From: an uncultured Solirubrobacteraceae bacterium
GTDB lineage: Bacteria; Actinomycetota; Thermoleophilia; Solirubrobacterales; Solirubrobacteraceae
Direction: 5' to 3'
Length of the DNA stretch: 55,908 nucleotides
NCBI GenBank assembly: GCA_964588985.1
Contig: CAZPQW010000023.1
Coordinates: 1 to 55,908, forward strand
Shown here in pieces: positions 33,587-42,524 of the stretch; positions within the stretch are counted from its first letter, which is position 1, and each line of letters begins with the position of its first letter. Under the pieces are notes generated by a model. The model saw only the letters and a list, made by a program, of their open reading frames with translations. It did no database searches and was not told where the DNA came from. The position numbers and the translations under genes were made by a program.

Positions 33587-34990
33587 ATGACGATGCCAAA
33601 GACGCTGTTCGACAAGATCTGGGAGGCCCACGAGGTTACGCCGGGGATCCTGTACATCGACCTGCACCTGGTGCACGAGGTGACGAGCCCGCAGGCGTTC
33701 GACGGGCTGCGCTTGGCGGGGCGCACGGTGCGTCGCCCCGACCGCACGCTCGCGACCGCGGACCACAACACGCCCACCGACGGCACGCCGGTGGCGGCGC
33801 GCATCAAGGACGAGCTGTCGCGCGTGCAGGTTGAAACCCTGGAGCGCAACTGCGCGGAGTTCGGGATCCCGGTGTACTCGCTCGGCTCGGACCGCCAGGG
33901 CATCGTGCACGTGATCGGCCCGGAGCTGGGCGTGACGCAGCCGGGGATGACGATCGTGTGCGGCGACTCGCACACCTCCACGCACGGCGCGTTCGGCGCA
34001 CTGGCGTTCGGGATCGGCACGAGCGAGGTGGAGCACGTGCTGGCGACGCAGTGCATGGTGCAGAACAAGCCGCGCTCGATGCGCGTGCGCTACGAGGGTG
34101 AGCTGGGCTTCGGCGTGACCGCCAAGGACCTGATCCTGGCGACGCTCGGCCAGGTCGGCGTGGGCGGGCTGACGGGCCACGTGGTCGAGTACGCGGGCCC
34201 AGCGATCGAGGCGCTGTCGATGGAGGGCCGCATGACGGTGTGCAACATGACGATCGAGGGCGGCGGACGCGCGGGGATGATCGCGCCCGACGACACCACG
34301 TTCGCGTGGTTCACCGACTCCGAGCGCCCCGGAGCGCCGAAGGGCGCGGAGCTGGACGCGGCGATCGCGAGCTGGCGCGAGCTGAAGACCGATGACGGCG
34401 CGAGCTTCGACACCGAAGTGGTCGTCGACGCCTCCGCGATCTCCCCGCAGGTGACGTGGGGCACGAACCCCGGGATGGTGCGCGCGGTCACCGAGAGGGT
34501 CCCGGCACCGGAGGAGTTCGACACCCCAGCCGAGCGTGACGCGACCGAGCGCGCGCTCGCCTACATGGCGCTGACGGCTGGAACTCCTATTGATGAGATC
34601 GCGATCGACCGGGTGTTCATCGGCTCGTGCACCAACTCGAGGATCGGTGACCTGCGCGCGGCCGCCGAGGTGGTCGCGGGGCGCAGGGTGTCCCCGAACG
34701 TGAGCGCGATGGTCGTGCCGGGGTCCCAGCAGGTGAAGAAACAGGCCGAGGCCGAGGGGCTGGACCGGGTGTTCCGCGACGCGGGCTTCGACTGGCGCGT
34801 CGCGGGGTGCTCGATGTGCCTCGGCATGAACCCCGACACCCTGCAGCCGGGCGAGCGCTGCGCGTCGACCTCGAACCGCAACTTCGAGGGGCGCCAGGGC
34901 CGCGGCGGGCGCACCCACCTCGTATCCCCGCAGATGGCAGCCGCGGCCGCCATCGAGGGTCACTTTGTCGATATCCGGACCTGGAACTAG
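33587..34990 (+). CDS. leuC: 3-isopropylmalate dehydratase large subunit
   Basis: [41 protein letters not shown]. Confidence 0.97.
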   Translation: MTMPKTLFDKIWEAHEVTPGILYIDLHLVHEVTSPQAFDGLRLAGRTVRRPDRTLATADHNTPTDGTPVAARIKDELSRVQVETLERNCAEFGIPVYSLGSDRQGIVHVIGPELGVTQPGMTIVCGDSHTSTHGAFGALAFGIGTSEVEHVLATQCMVQNKPRSMRVRYEGELGFGVTAKDLILATLGQVGVGGLTGHVVEYAGPAIEALSMEGRMTVCNMTIEGGGRAGMIAPDDTTFAWFTDSERPGAPKGAELDAAIASWRELKTDDGASFDTEVVVDASAISPQVTWGTNPGMVRAVTERVPAPEEFDTPAERDATERALAYMALTAGTPIDEIAIDRVFIGSCTNSRIGDLRAAAEVVAGRRVSPNVSAMVVPGSQQVKKQAEAEGLDRVFRDAGFDWRVAGCSMCLGMNPDTLQPGERCASTSNRNFEGRQGRGGRTHLVSPQMAAAAAIEGHFVDIRTWN

Positions 34991-34999
34991 GAGGCCACG

Positions 35000-35560
35000 A
35001 TGGAGCCAATAACCGTGATCACAGGACCCGTGAGCCATCTCGACCGTGCCGATGTGGACACCGATCAAATAATGCCCAAGCAGTTTTTGAAGCGGGTGCA
35101 GCGTACGGGCTTCGGGGAGTTCCTGTTCTACGACTGGGCCAAGGAGCCGGGCTGGGACCTGCCGGCCAACCCGATTCTCGTCGCGGGCGAGAACTTCGGC
35201 TGCGGCTCCTCGCGCGAGCACGCGCCGTGGGGGCTTCAGGACTACGGCTTCCAGGCGATCGTCGCGCCGTCGTTCGCAGACATCTTCTACTCCAACTGCA
35301 CCAAGATCGGGCTGCTGCCGGTGGTGATGAGCGACGAGGACTGCAAAGCGCTCGCGCGCGCGGGGGAGGGCGAGGTCGACCTGCAGGAGCAGGAGGTTCG
35401 CTTCGACGGACGGCAGGTGGCGTTCGAGATCGACCACGAGATCAGGCACCGCCTGCTCGGCGGACTCGACGACATCGCGCTCACGCTGCAGCAGGGCGAT
35501 GCGATCGCGGCTTTCGAGCGCGACCGCGAGCGCACCGGTCCGATGACGACGGCGCTCTAG
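35000..35560 (+). CDS. leuD: 3-isopropylmalate dehydratase small subunit
   Basis: DVDTDQI.PKQFL, NFGCGSSREHAPW, SFADIF, GLDDI. Confidence 0.97.
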   Translation: MEPITVITGPVSHLDRADVDTDQIMPKQFLKRVQRTGFGEFLFYDWAKEPGWDLPANPILVAGENFGCGSSREHAPWGLQDYGFQAIVAPSFADIFYSNCTKIGLLPVVMSDEDCKALARAGEGEVDLQEQEVRFDGRQVAFEIDHEIRHRLLGGLDDIALTLQQGDAIAAFERDRERTGPMTTAL

Positions 35561-35573
35561 GGAGGGGACAGAT

Positions 35574-36617
35574 ATGGCACATCGCATCGTGACCCTTCCC
35601 GGCGACGGGATCGGCCCGGAGATCATGGCCCCGACGCTCGAGCTGCTCGGACGGCTGGGCGACTTCGAGTTCGAGGAGCACCTGTTCGGCGGCGCGTCGA
35701 TCGACGCGCACGGAACCGCGCTGACCGACGAGACGCTCGCGGCGTGCAGGAGCGCCGACGCGGTGCTGCTCGCGGCCGTGGGCGGGCCGAAGTGGGACAC
35801 CACCGACCCGAACAAGCCGCGCCCCGAGCAGGGACTGCTGGGGCTGCGCAAGGGGCTCGGGCTGTACGCGAACCTGCGGCCCGTCAAGCCGATCCCCGCG
35901 CTGTATGACGCCTCGCCGTTGCGGCGCGAGCGGATCGAGGGGACCGACCTGCTCGTCGTGCGCGAGCTCACCGGCGGGATCTACTTCGGCGAGAAGACAC
36001 GCACCGCGACATCCGCATCCGACGTGTGCTCCTACACGACCGAGGAGATCGAGCGGATCGGCCGCTCGGCGTTCAACGCGGCGCTCGCGAGGTCGTCGAG
36101 CCCGAAGGTCACGAGCGTCGACAAGGCCAACGTGTTGGAGACCTCGCGGTTGTGGCGGGAGGTGATCGTGGGCCTGCGCGAGCGCGAGTTCCCGCAGGTC
36201 GAGCTGGAGCACGTGCTGGTGGACAACGCGGCGATGCAGCTCGTCTCGACGCCGACGCGCTTCGACACGATCGTGACGGAGAACATGTTCGGAGACATCC
36301 TCTCCGACGAGGCGGCGATGATCACCGGCTCGATCGGCATGCTCCCGAGCGCTTCCCTGAGCGGCGACGGCCCCGGCATGTTCGAGCCGGTTCATGGCTC
36401 CGCGCCGGACATCGCGGGCACCGGCGTGGCGAACCCGCTGGCGATGTTCCTCTCCGCGGCGATGCTGCTGCAGCACGGACTGGGCTTGGCAAGCGAGGCC
36501 GCGGCTGTAGAATCGGCCGTGCAGAGCGCACTGGCCGCCGGCCTTCGCACCCCCGATCTGGGCGGTGACGCGGGTACCGAGCAGGCAACAAGGGCAGTAA
36601 TGGGAAACCTCGAATAG
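35574..36617 (+). CDS. leuB: 3-isopropylmalate dehydrogenase
   Basis: LPGDGIGPE, RELTGGIYFG, VDKANVL, NMFGDILSD, EPVHGSAPDIAG. Confidence 0.97.
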   Translation: MAHRIVTLPGDGIGPEIMAPTLELLGRLGDFEFEEHLFGGASIDAHGTALTDETLAACRSADAVLLAAVGGPKWDTTDPNKPRPEQGLLGLRKGLGLYANLRPVKPIPALYDASPLRRERIEGTDLLVVRELTGGIYFGEKTRTATSASDVCSYTTEEIERIGRSAFNAALARSSSPKVTSVDKANVLETSRLWREVIVGLREREFPQVELEHVLVDNAAMQLVSTPTRFDTIVTENMFGDILSDEAAMITGSIGMLPSASLSGDGPGMFEPVHGSAPDIAGTGVANPLAMFLSAAMLLQHGLGLASEAAAVESAVQSALAAGLRTPDLGGDAGTEQATRAVMGNLE

Positions 36618-36625
36618 GAGCATTG

Positions 36626-37618
36626 GTGAACGTGGACCCGACCGACCTCATCTGGATGAACGGAGAATTCGTCGCCTGGGAGGATGCGAAGGTCCACGTC
36701 CTGACGCACGGCCTGCACTACGGCACGGGCGTGTTCGAGGGCGTGCGCTGCTACGACACGGTGCTCGGCCCGGCGGTGTTCCGCAACGCCGAGCACGTCG
36801 AGCGCCTGTTCAAGTCCGCCGAGCTTTACTACATGGAGATCCCGTTCTCCGCCGAGGAGCTGCGCAACGCCACGACCGAGCTGGTGGCGCGCAACGGGAT
36901 GAGCTCCTGCTACATCCGCCCGATCGTCTACCGCGGCTACGGCACGATGGGCCTCAACCCGATCGACGCGCCCGTGGACGTGACGATCGCGTGCTGGGAG
37001 TGGGGCGTGTACCTCGGCGAGGAGGGCCAGCGCGACGGCGTGCGCGCGAAGGTGTCCTCGTGGCGGCGGATCAGCCCCGACTCCTCGATCCCGCACGCAA
37101 AGGCCGCCGGACAGTACCTCAACAACGTGCTTGCGAAGGTCGAGTCGGTGAAGTCGGGCTATGAGGAGGCGATCCTCCTCGACGACCACGGCTACGTGTG
37201 CGAGGGCACCGGCGAGAACATCTATCTCGTGCGCGACGGGGCGATCGTCACGCCTGGCCAGTCCAACTCGATCCTCGACGGAATCACGCGCAAATCGGTG
37301 ATCCAGATCGCCCGCGATCTCGGCTACACGGTGATCGAACGCGACATCGGCCGTGCGGAGATGTACCTCGCGGAGGAGATCTTCATGTCCGGGACCGCCG
37401 CCGAACTGGTGCCGGTGCGCGAAGTCGACGACCACAGGATCGGCACCGGCAAACCCGGCGAGATCACGCGCGTGCTGCAGAAGGAATTCGACGATGCGAT
37501 CCACGGGCGCACCGAGCGCTACCGCGAGTGGCTCGACGTGGTGCGCCCGCGCGCCCTGGAGACGCCCAGCGGCGACGATGCCGCGGCGAGTGCGCAGCAG
37601 CCCGCAACCGCAGGCTAG
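36626..37618 (+). CDS. ilvE: Branched-chain amino acid aminotransferase
   Basis: LHYGTGVFEG, YIRP, AKAAGQY, EGTGEN, LDGITR, GTAAE. Confidence 0.95.
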   Translation: MNVDPTDLIWMNGEFVAWEDAKVHVLTHGLHYGTGVFEGVRCYDTVLGPAVFRNAEHVERLFKSAELYYMEIPFSAEELRNATTELVARNGMSSCYIRPIVYRGYGTMGLNPIDAPVDVTIACWEWGVYLGEEGQRDGVRAKVSSWRRISPDSSIPHAKAAGQYLNNVLAKVESVKSGYEEAILLDDHGYVCEGTGENIYLVRDGAIVTPGQSNSILDGITRKSVIQIARDLGYTVIERDIGRAEMYLAEEIFMSGTAAELVPVREVDDHRIGTGKPGEITRVLQKEFDDAIHGRTERYREWLDVVRPRALETPSGDDAAASAQQPATAG

Positions 37619-37626
37619 GAGCCCCT

Positions 37627-39255
37627 TTGCCCGACATACAGCTATACGACGCCACCCTCCGCGACGGGATGGGTGGCGGCGGTCTGACCCTCACGGCGGA
37701 TGAGAAGCTGCGCGTGGTGCGGGCCCTGGACGCGCTCGGGGTGCACATGATCGAGGCGGGCTTCCCGTCGTCGAACCCGAAGGAGCAGGAGCTGTTCGAG
37801 CTGCTCGCTGGCGAGCGGCTGAGCGTCGCGGAGATCGTCGCGTTCGGCATGACCCGCAGGCGCGAAGTCGCCGCGGAGGAGGACGAGGGCCTGCGGATCC
37901 TCGCGGGCTCGTTCGCGCCGGTGTGCACGATCGTGGGCAAGGCGTCGGTGCTGCACGTGGAGAAGGTGGTGCGAGCGACGCGCGAGGAGAACCTCGCGAT
38001 GATCGCCGACTCGGTGCGCTTCCTGGTGGGCGCGGGCAAGCGCGTGCTGCTCGACGCGGAGCACTTCTTCGACGGTTTCTCCCTGGATCCCGGCTACGCC
38101 CTGGACTGCCTGCGTGCGGCCGCGGACGCGGGCGCCGAGCGGCTGGTGCTGTGCGACACGAACGGCGGCTCGCTGCCGCCGCAGATCCGCACCGCGTTCG
38201 CGGTCGTCACCGAAGCGCTCCCCGGCGTGGCGCTTGGGATCCACACCCACGACGACTCCGGATGCGCGGTCGCGAACACGCTCACCGCTGTGGAAGCGGG
38301 TGCTACACAGGTGCAGGGGACGATCAACGGGATCGGTGAGCGCACCGGCAACGCGAACCTCGTGACGATCATCGCCGACCTGCAGCTGAAGATGAACTGC
38401 GAAGTGCTCGCGCCCGAACGCCTCGCGCGATTGACCGAGACGGCGCACTTCCTCGACGAGCTGCTCAACCGCACGCCCAACCCCGCTCAGCCGTACGTCG
38501 GTAAACACGCGTTCGCGCACAAGGCGGGGCTGCACGCGGCGGGCGTGAGCGCGGACTCGCAGACGTTCGAGCACATCGACCCGACGGTGGTGGGCAACGA
38601 GAGTGACGTGCTGATCTCCGAGCTCTCCGGCCGTGCGACGATCGCGGAGAAGGCCCGCCAGGCAGGCATCTCCGGCGACGAGGGGTTCGCCCAGCGGGTG
38701 GTCGAGCGCGTGAAGGAGCTAGAGCACGAGGGCTTCCAGTTCGAAGCCGCGGACGGCTCGTTCGAGCTCCTGATGCGCAGGGAGGCGGGCGTGTACGAGC
38801 CGCTGTTCCGTCTGGAGTCCTGGCGCGTGACCGTCGAGAAACGCGCCGACGGCAAGGCCGAGACGGAAGCGACCGTCAAGATTTGGACCCCCCCGCCCGA
38901 TGGCGAGCGCTACGTCTCGAGCGCCGAGGGCGACGGTCCGGTGCACGCGCTCGACAAGGCGCTGCGCGCGGCGATCGGCGAGCTGTACCCGCACCTGCAC
39001 GACATCGAGCTGGTCAACTTCAAGGTGCGGATCCTCGACGAGGACAAGGGCACCGATGCGATCACACGCGTGCTGATCGACGCGTCCGACAAGCACGGCG
39101 TGTGGGGGTCGATCGGGGTCTCGGAGAACCTGATCGCGGCGTCGTGGGACGCGCTGGTGGACTCGCTCGAGTACGGCATGCAGCCCGGCGGGCGCGGCGG
39201 CGAGGATGCCGCCGGAGCGGCGGCGAGCCCGGCCGGCACGGCCGACAGGACGTAG
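37627..39255 (+). CDS. cimA: Citramalate synthase
   Basis: YDATLRDG, SNPKE, DAEHFFDG, LCDTNGG, QPYVG..AFAHKAGLH, FEAADGSFEL, GVSENLIAASW; TTG start after AGGAG. Confidence 0.9.
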   Translation: MPDIQLYDATLRDGMGGGGLTLTADEKLRVVRALDALGVHMIEAGFPSSNPKEQELFELLAGERLSVAEIVAFGMTRRREVAAEEDEGLRILAGSFAPVCTIVGKASVLHVEKVVRATREENLAMIADSVRFLVGAGKRVLLDAEHFFDGFSLDPGYALDCLRAAADAGAERLVLCDTNGGSLPPQIRTAFAVVTEALPGVALGIHTHDDSGCAVANTLTAVEAGATQVQGTINGIGERTGNANLVTIIADLQLKMNCEVLAPERLARLTETAHFLDELLNRTPNPAQPYVGKHAFAHKAGLHAAGVSADSQTFEHIDPTVVGNESDVLISELSGRATIAEKARQAGISGDEGFAQRVVERVKELEHEGFQFEAADGSFELLMRREAGVYEPLFRLESWRVTVEKRADGKAETEATVKIWTPPPDGERYVSSAEGDGPVHALDKALRAAIGELYPHLHDIELVNFKVRILDEDKGTDAITRVLIDASDKHGVWGSIGVSENLIAASWDALVDSLEYGMQPGGRGGEDAAGAAASPAGTADRT

Positions 39256-40377
39256 ATGGAGGAGGTGATCCCGCTCGCGCGCCCGGTGTTGGGGGAGGCG
39301 GAGGAGCGCGCGGTGATCGACGTGCTGCGTTCGGGGCAGCTGTCGCTCGGCCCGCGGGTCCCCGAGTTCGAGCGTCTGTTCGCCGAGCGCGTGGCCGCGC
39401 CGCTGGCGTGCGCGGTGAGCAGCGGGACGGCGGGGCTTCACCTCGCGCTGCGCGCGGTGGGCGTGGGGGAGGGCGATGAGGTGATCACGAGCCCGTTCTC
39501 GTTCGTGGCATCCGCGAACGCGGCGCTGTACGAGCGCGCGCGTCCTGTGTTCGCTGACATCGACCCGATCACGCTCAACCTCGACCCGCAGGCGGCCGCC
39601 GCGGCGGTGAGCGAGCGCACCCGGGCGGTGCTACCGGTTCACATCTTCGGCTACCCAGCCGACATGCCTGCGTTTGAGGGGCTGGCCGGCAAGCACGACC
39701 TGGGGATCGTGGAGGACGCGTGTGAGGCGCTCGGCGCGACACATGCGGACGGGACGCCGGTGGGCGGTCGCGGGCACCCCGCGGTGTTCGGCTTCTACGC
39801 AAACAAGCAGCTCACCACCGGTGAGGGGGGGATGGTGACACTCGCGGACGCTGCGCTGAAGGAGCGGATCGACTCTGAGCGCAACCAGGGCCGTGCACCG
39901 GACATGGGCTGGCTCGACCACGACAGGCTGGGGTTCAACTATCGCCTGTCGGACATCGCGTGCGCGCTCGGGATCGCGCAACTGCGGCGGCTGGAGGAGA
40001 TGCTCGCCGCGCGTGCTCGGGTCGCGCAGCTCTACCGCGAGGCGCTCTCCGGGATCGAGGGGCTGGAGGTGCCGTGTCTCGACAGAGACGGAGACACTCG
40101 CGGCTGGTTCGTGTTCGTCGTGCAGCTGCCCCACGGCGTCGATCGTGATGAGACCGTGCGCGCGCTCGGACACGTCGGCATCCAGAGCAAGCCATACCTG
40201 CCTGCGATTCACCTGATGAGCTTCTATCGCGAGCGTTTCGGTTACCGCGATGGCCAGTTCCCTGTCTGCGAGGATGTTGCCAGGCGCTCTGTTGCGCTGC
40301 CGTTCTTCCCCGGGATGGGGGAGGAGCAGGTTGCTCGAGTATCCGAGCAGCTCGCTCGCATCGTGCCGACCGCTTGA
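39256..40377 (+). CDS. DegT/DnrJ/EryC1/StrS family PLP aminotransferase
   Basis: SSGTAGLHLAL, VEDACEALG, FYANKQLTTGEGG, GFNYRL. Confidence 0.92.
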   Translation: MEEVIPLARPVLGEAEERAVIDVLRSGQLSLGPRVPEFERLFAERVAAPLACAVSSGTAGLHLALRAVGVGEGDEVITSPFSFVASANAALYERARPVFADIDPITLNLDPQAAAAAVSERTRAVLPVHIFGYPADMPAFEGLAGKHDLGIVEDACEALGATHADGTPVGGRGHPAVFGFYANKQLTTGEGGMVTLADAALKERIDSERNQGRAPDMGWLDHDRLGFNYRLSDIACALGIAQLRRLEEMLAARARVAQLYREALSGIEGLEVPCLDRDGDTRGWFVFVVQLPHGVDRDETVRALGHVGIQSKPYLPAIHLMSFYRERFGYRDGQFPVCEDVARRSVALPFFPGMGEEQVARVSEQLARIVPTA

Positions 40378-40485
40378 AGCTCTTTCCACTGTTCTGCGCT
40401 TCCGGGATGTCGAACGTCGAGCGCCGGCCGACGTGTAGTCAGACGAGTGCGACTGCATAGGCCTATCGTTGTGGGCCAGATAGTA

Positions 40486-40503
40486 AGAAACATCAGCTAT
40501 TCA
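40486..40503. promoter_or_regulatory. Candidate operator, copy 1 (AGAAACATCAGCTATTCA), next to TTGACA at 40509
   Basis: 15/18 identical to 41576-41593. Confidence 0.5.
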
Positions 40504-40674
40504 TTTCCTTGACATAGATCAAAGGTTGTGCTGCAGTGCGAGTGCTGTTCCATCCGTCGGCAAGCGGGCATCGCATGTCGGCCGGTGGTGGGATCGGCGT
40601 GAGGGGCATCCGATCTGAGATGACGAGCACCTCTAGGTCGATCGAACCCAACCCTCCATGGGAGCACGACGACA

Positions 40675-41376
40675 ATGAGACTCATGAAAATGATCGGGCT
40701 GTGCCTTGCGGCGATGTTCGCGGTCAGCGGACTGACTGCTACCGGGGCGTTCGCGGCGCCGGAATTCTTACACGAAGGCAAAGAACTCGTCAAAAAAGGA
40801 TTCACGGTAAAAAGCAAAACCGGGGCGACGTTAGTGGAACTCGGCGAAACGAAATACAAAATTGTCTGCACCAGCAGCATCTCGTCGGGAAAGGTCACCG
40901 GCAAGACCGAAGTCGAAGGGGTGGTCGCGAGGTTCAAAGGATGCAGGGCCAAAGAAGAATCAGAATCGACTGAATGCGAAGTGAACAGTACGAGCCCTTT
41001 GGGGGGTCCGGAAGAAATCATCACGAAGACGCTCAAAGGCCGACTCGGGTTAGTGGGCAGTGCCGAAGCGGTCACCGAACGCGGGCTGCTGCTGTTACCG
41101 GCGAGCGGCTCGGTGTACGTCACGATCACGGGGTCCACGGTCTGCCTTCCGGCGGAAACCTCGGAAGTCAAAGGAGGCCTGATCGGGGAAATCAAGCCGA
41201 TCCGCACTCTGAAACTCAAAGGCGAACTGATCTACAAGGCCAAGGAACAGAAAACACAGTTAATCAAAAAATTCGTCGGCGAAAGCGCGATGCACGAACT
41301 GGAAATCTTCGGCGTCAAAACGCCGCTCGAATCCACTGACATGGTGGACTACGAAGAAGCCGTCGAAGTGACCTAG
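40675..41376 (+). CDS. Secreted Glu/Lys/Thr-rich protein, paralog 1
   Basis: Signal peptide ending AFA; 4 Cys in the mature part; aligns gap-free with the next gene. Confidence 0.88.
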   Translation: MRLMKMIGLCLAAMFAVSGLTATGAFAAPEFLHEGKELVKKGFTVKSKTGATLVELGETKYKIVCTSSISSGKVTGKTEVEGVVARFKGCRAKEESESTECEVNSTSPLGGPEEIITKTLKGRLGLVGSAEAVTERGLLLLPASGSVYVTITGSTVCLPAETSEVKGGLIGEIKPIRTLKLKGELIYKAKEQKTQLIKKFVGESAMHELEIFGVKTPLESTDMVDYEEAVEVT

Positions 41377-41405
41377 GTGGCGATCGCCGGACGAACGAGT
41401 CGCAA

Positions 41406-41437
41406 GCTGCGTGGGGCCCGCAGGGGCCTCGCGCAGC
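41406..41437 (+). terminator. GC-rich 14-bp hairpin after paralog 1
   Basis: GCTGCGTGGGGCCC-GCAG-GGGCCTCGCGCAGC (with G-U pairs); no U-tract. Confidence 0.5.
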
Positions 41438-41575
41438 GCTGATGGGGAGGCGATGAGGGTCGCGGCGTTGCTCGCACGGCGTAGCGGGAGGCGCGTCGGC
41501 ATGGCGATGCAGCCGCCAGAATCCAGCCTACAGAGCTGTTTTTAGGGCTCGGATGAAGCCGACGCATCGGCCATC

Positions 41576-41593
41576 AGAAACATGATCTATTCT
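41576..41593. promoter_or_regulatory. Candidate operator, copy 2 (AGAAACATGATCTATTCT)
   Basis: AGAA-N10-TTCT dyad; matches 40486-40503. Confidence 0.5.
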
Positions 41594-41636
41594 TCCCGGC
41601 GCAGTTGTCGCGTTGAACAACGTCCGGGGGAGGATG

Positions 41637-42344
41637 ATGAGGATGATACGGCCAAAGACGATCGGCCTTGGTCTCGTGGCTGCGCTCGCGATGAGCGGGC
41701 TCGGATCCACGTCGGCTCTAGCGGTGCCCGAATTCCTGCACGAAGGCAAAGAAGTCGTCAAAACGGGTTTTACGACCAAAAGCAGCACTGGGACGATATA
41801 TGTCGAAGTGGGGGAAACGAAATACAAAATCGTCTGCAAATCGAGCACGGCATCGGGAAAAATCAAGGGGACGAAAGAAGTCGAAGGCGTAGTCATCAAG
41901 TTCAAAGGATGCAAGGCGAAAGAAGAAGGAGAATCAACCGAATGTGAAGTGAACAGCACGAACCCTCTTGGGGGTACGGAAGAAATCATCACGAAAACAC
42001 TCAAGGGCAGGCTCGGCACGGTGGCGGCGGGCGAAGCTGCATCCGAACGAGGGCTGACTCTAGAAGCGACCACGGGGTCCGTGTTCGCGGCGATCGTGGG
42101 GTCGACGGTCTGCCTGCCAGCGGAAACCTCCGAAATCAAAGGAGTCTTGATCGGCGAAATCAAGCCGGTGAAAACTCTGAAACTCAAAGGCGAACTGGTT
42201 TTCAAAACGAAAGAAATGAAAACCCAGCTGATCAAACATCTCGTTGGAGAACTTGGAAATCATGAACTGGAAGTGTTCGGAGTCAAAACGCCGCTCGAAA
42301 CGACGACTGTCGCCGAATACGCCGAAGCCGTCGAAGTGACATAG
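41637..42344 (+). CDS. Secreted Glu/Lys/Thr-rich protein, paralog 2
   Basis: Signal peptide ending ALA; PEFLHEGKE...EAVEVT shared with paralog 1; start among ATGs 41634/41637/41643. Confidence 0.88.
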   Translation: MRMIRPKTIGLGLVAALAMSGLGSTSALAVPEFLHEGKEVVKTGFTTKSSTGTIYVEVGETKYKIVCKSSTASGKIKGTKEVEGVVIKFKGCKAKEEGESTECEVNSTNPLGGTEEIITKTLKGRLGTVAAGEAASERGLTLEATTGSVFAAIVGSTVCLPAETSEIKGVLIGEIKPVKTLKLKGELVFKTKEMKTQLIKHLVGELGNHELEVFGVKTPLETTTVAEYAEAVEVT

Positions 42345-42524
42345 GCTGATAGTGCTTTGACGAAGGAACGAGTGGTGCTGCGCGGAGCGAGGAACGGCTC
42401 CGCGCAGCCGCTTGGGCGAGGTGTTGCGCCGTGCGTTGGTGCTGGACACGACGATCGGAATCTCGCTAGCATGCGGGCGCGTGAACATGGGGGTCGCCAC
42501 GTGGCCATAGGCGGGGAGAGGCGG

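Noticed and set aside
33560-35971. Long antisense or alternate-frame ORFs (803 aa here; also 17007-18728, 21705-23750, 52923-54911)
   Set aside because: Typical high-GC shadow ORFs overlapping well-supported genes
40497-42235. Antisense ORFs 40497-41219 and 41528-42235
   Set aside because: Phe/Ser-rich shadows of GAA/AAA-rich sense genes that have clear signal peptides
40675-42344. Genome-wide reassignment of GAA to Asp or AAA to Asn
   Set aside because: GAA encodes expected Glu in housekeeping genes (for example leuA QEKLE), and the large secreted proteins still use GAC for Asp; only proteomics could revive a conditional version
40675-42344. Diversity-generating retroelement template/variable repeat pair
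   Set aside because: Both copies are full genes, differences are not restricted to adenines, and no reverse transcriptase is in the window
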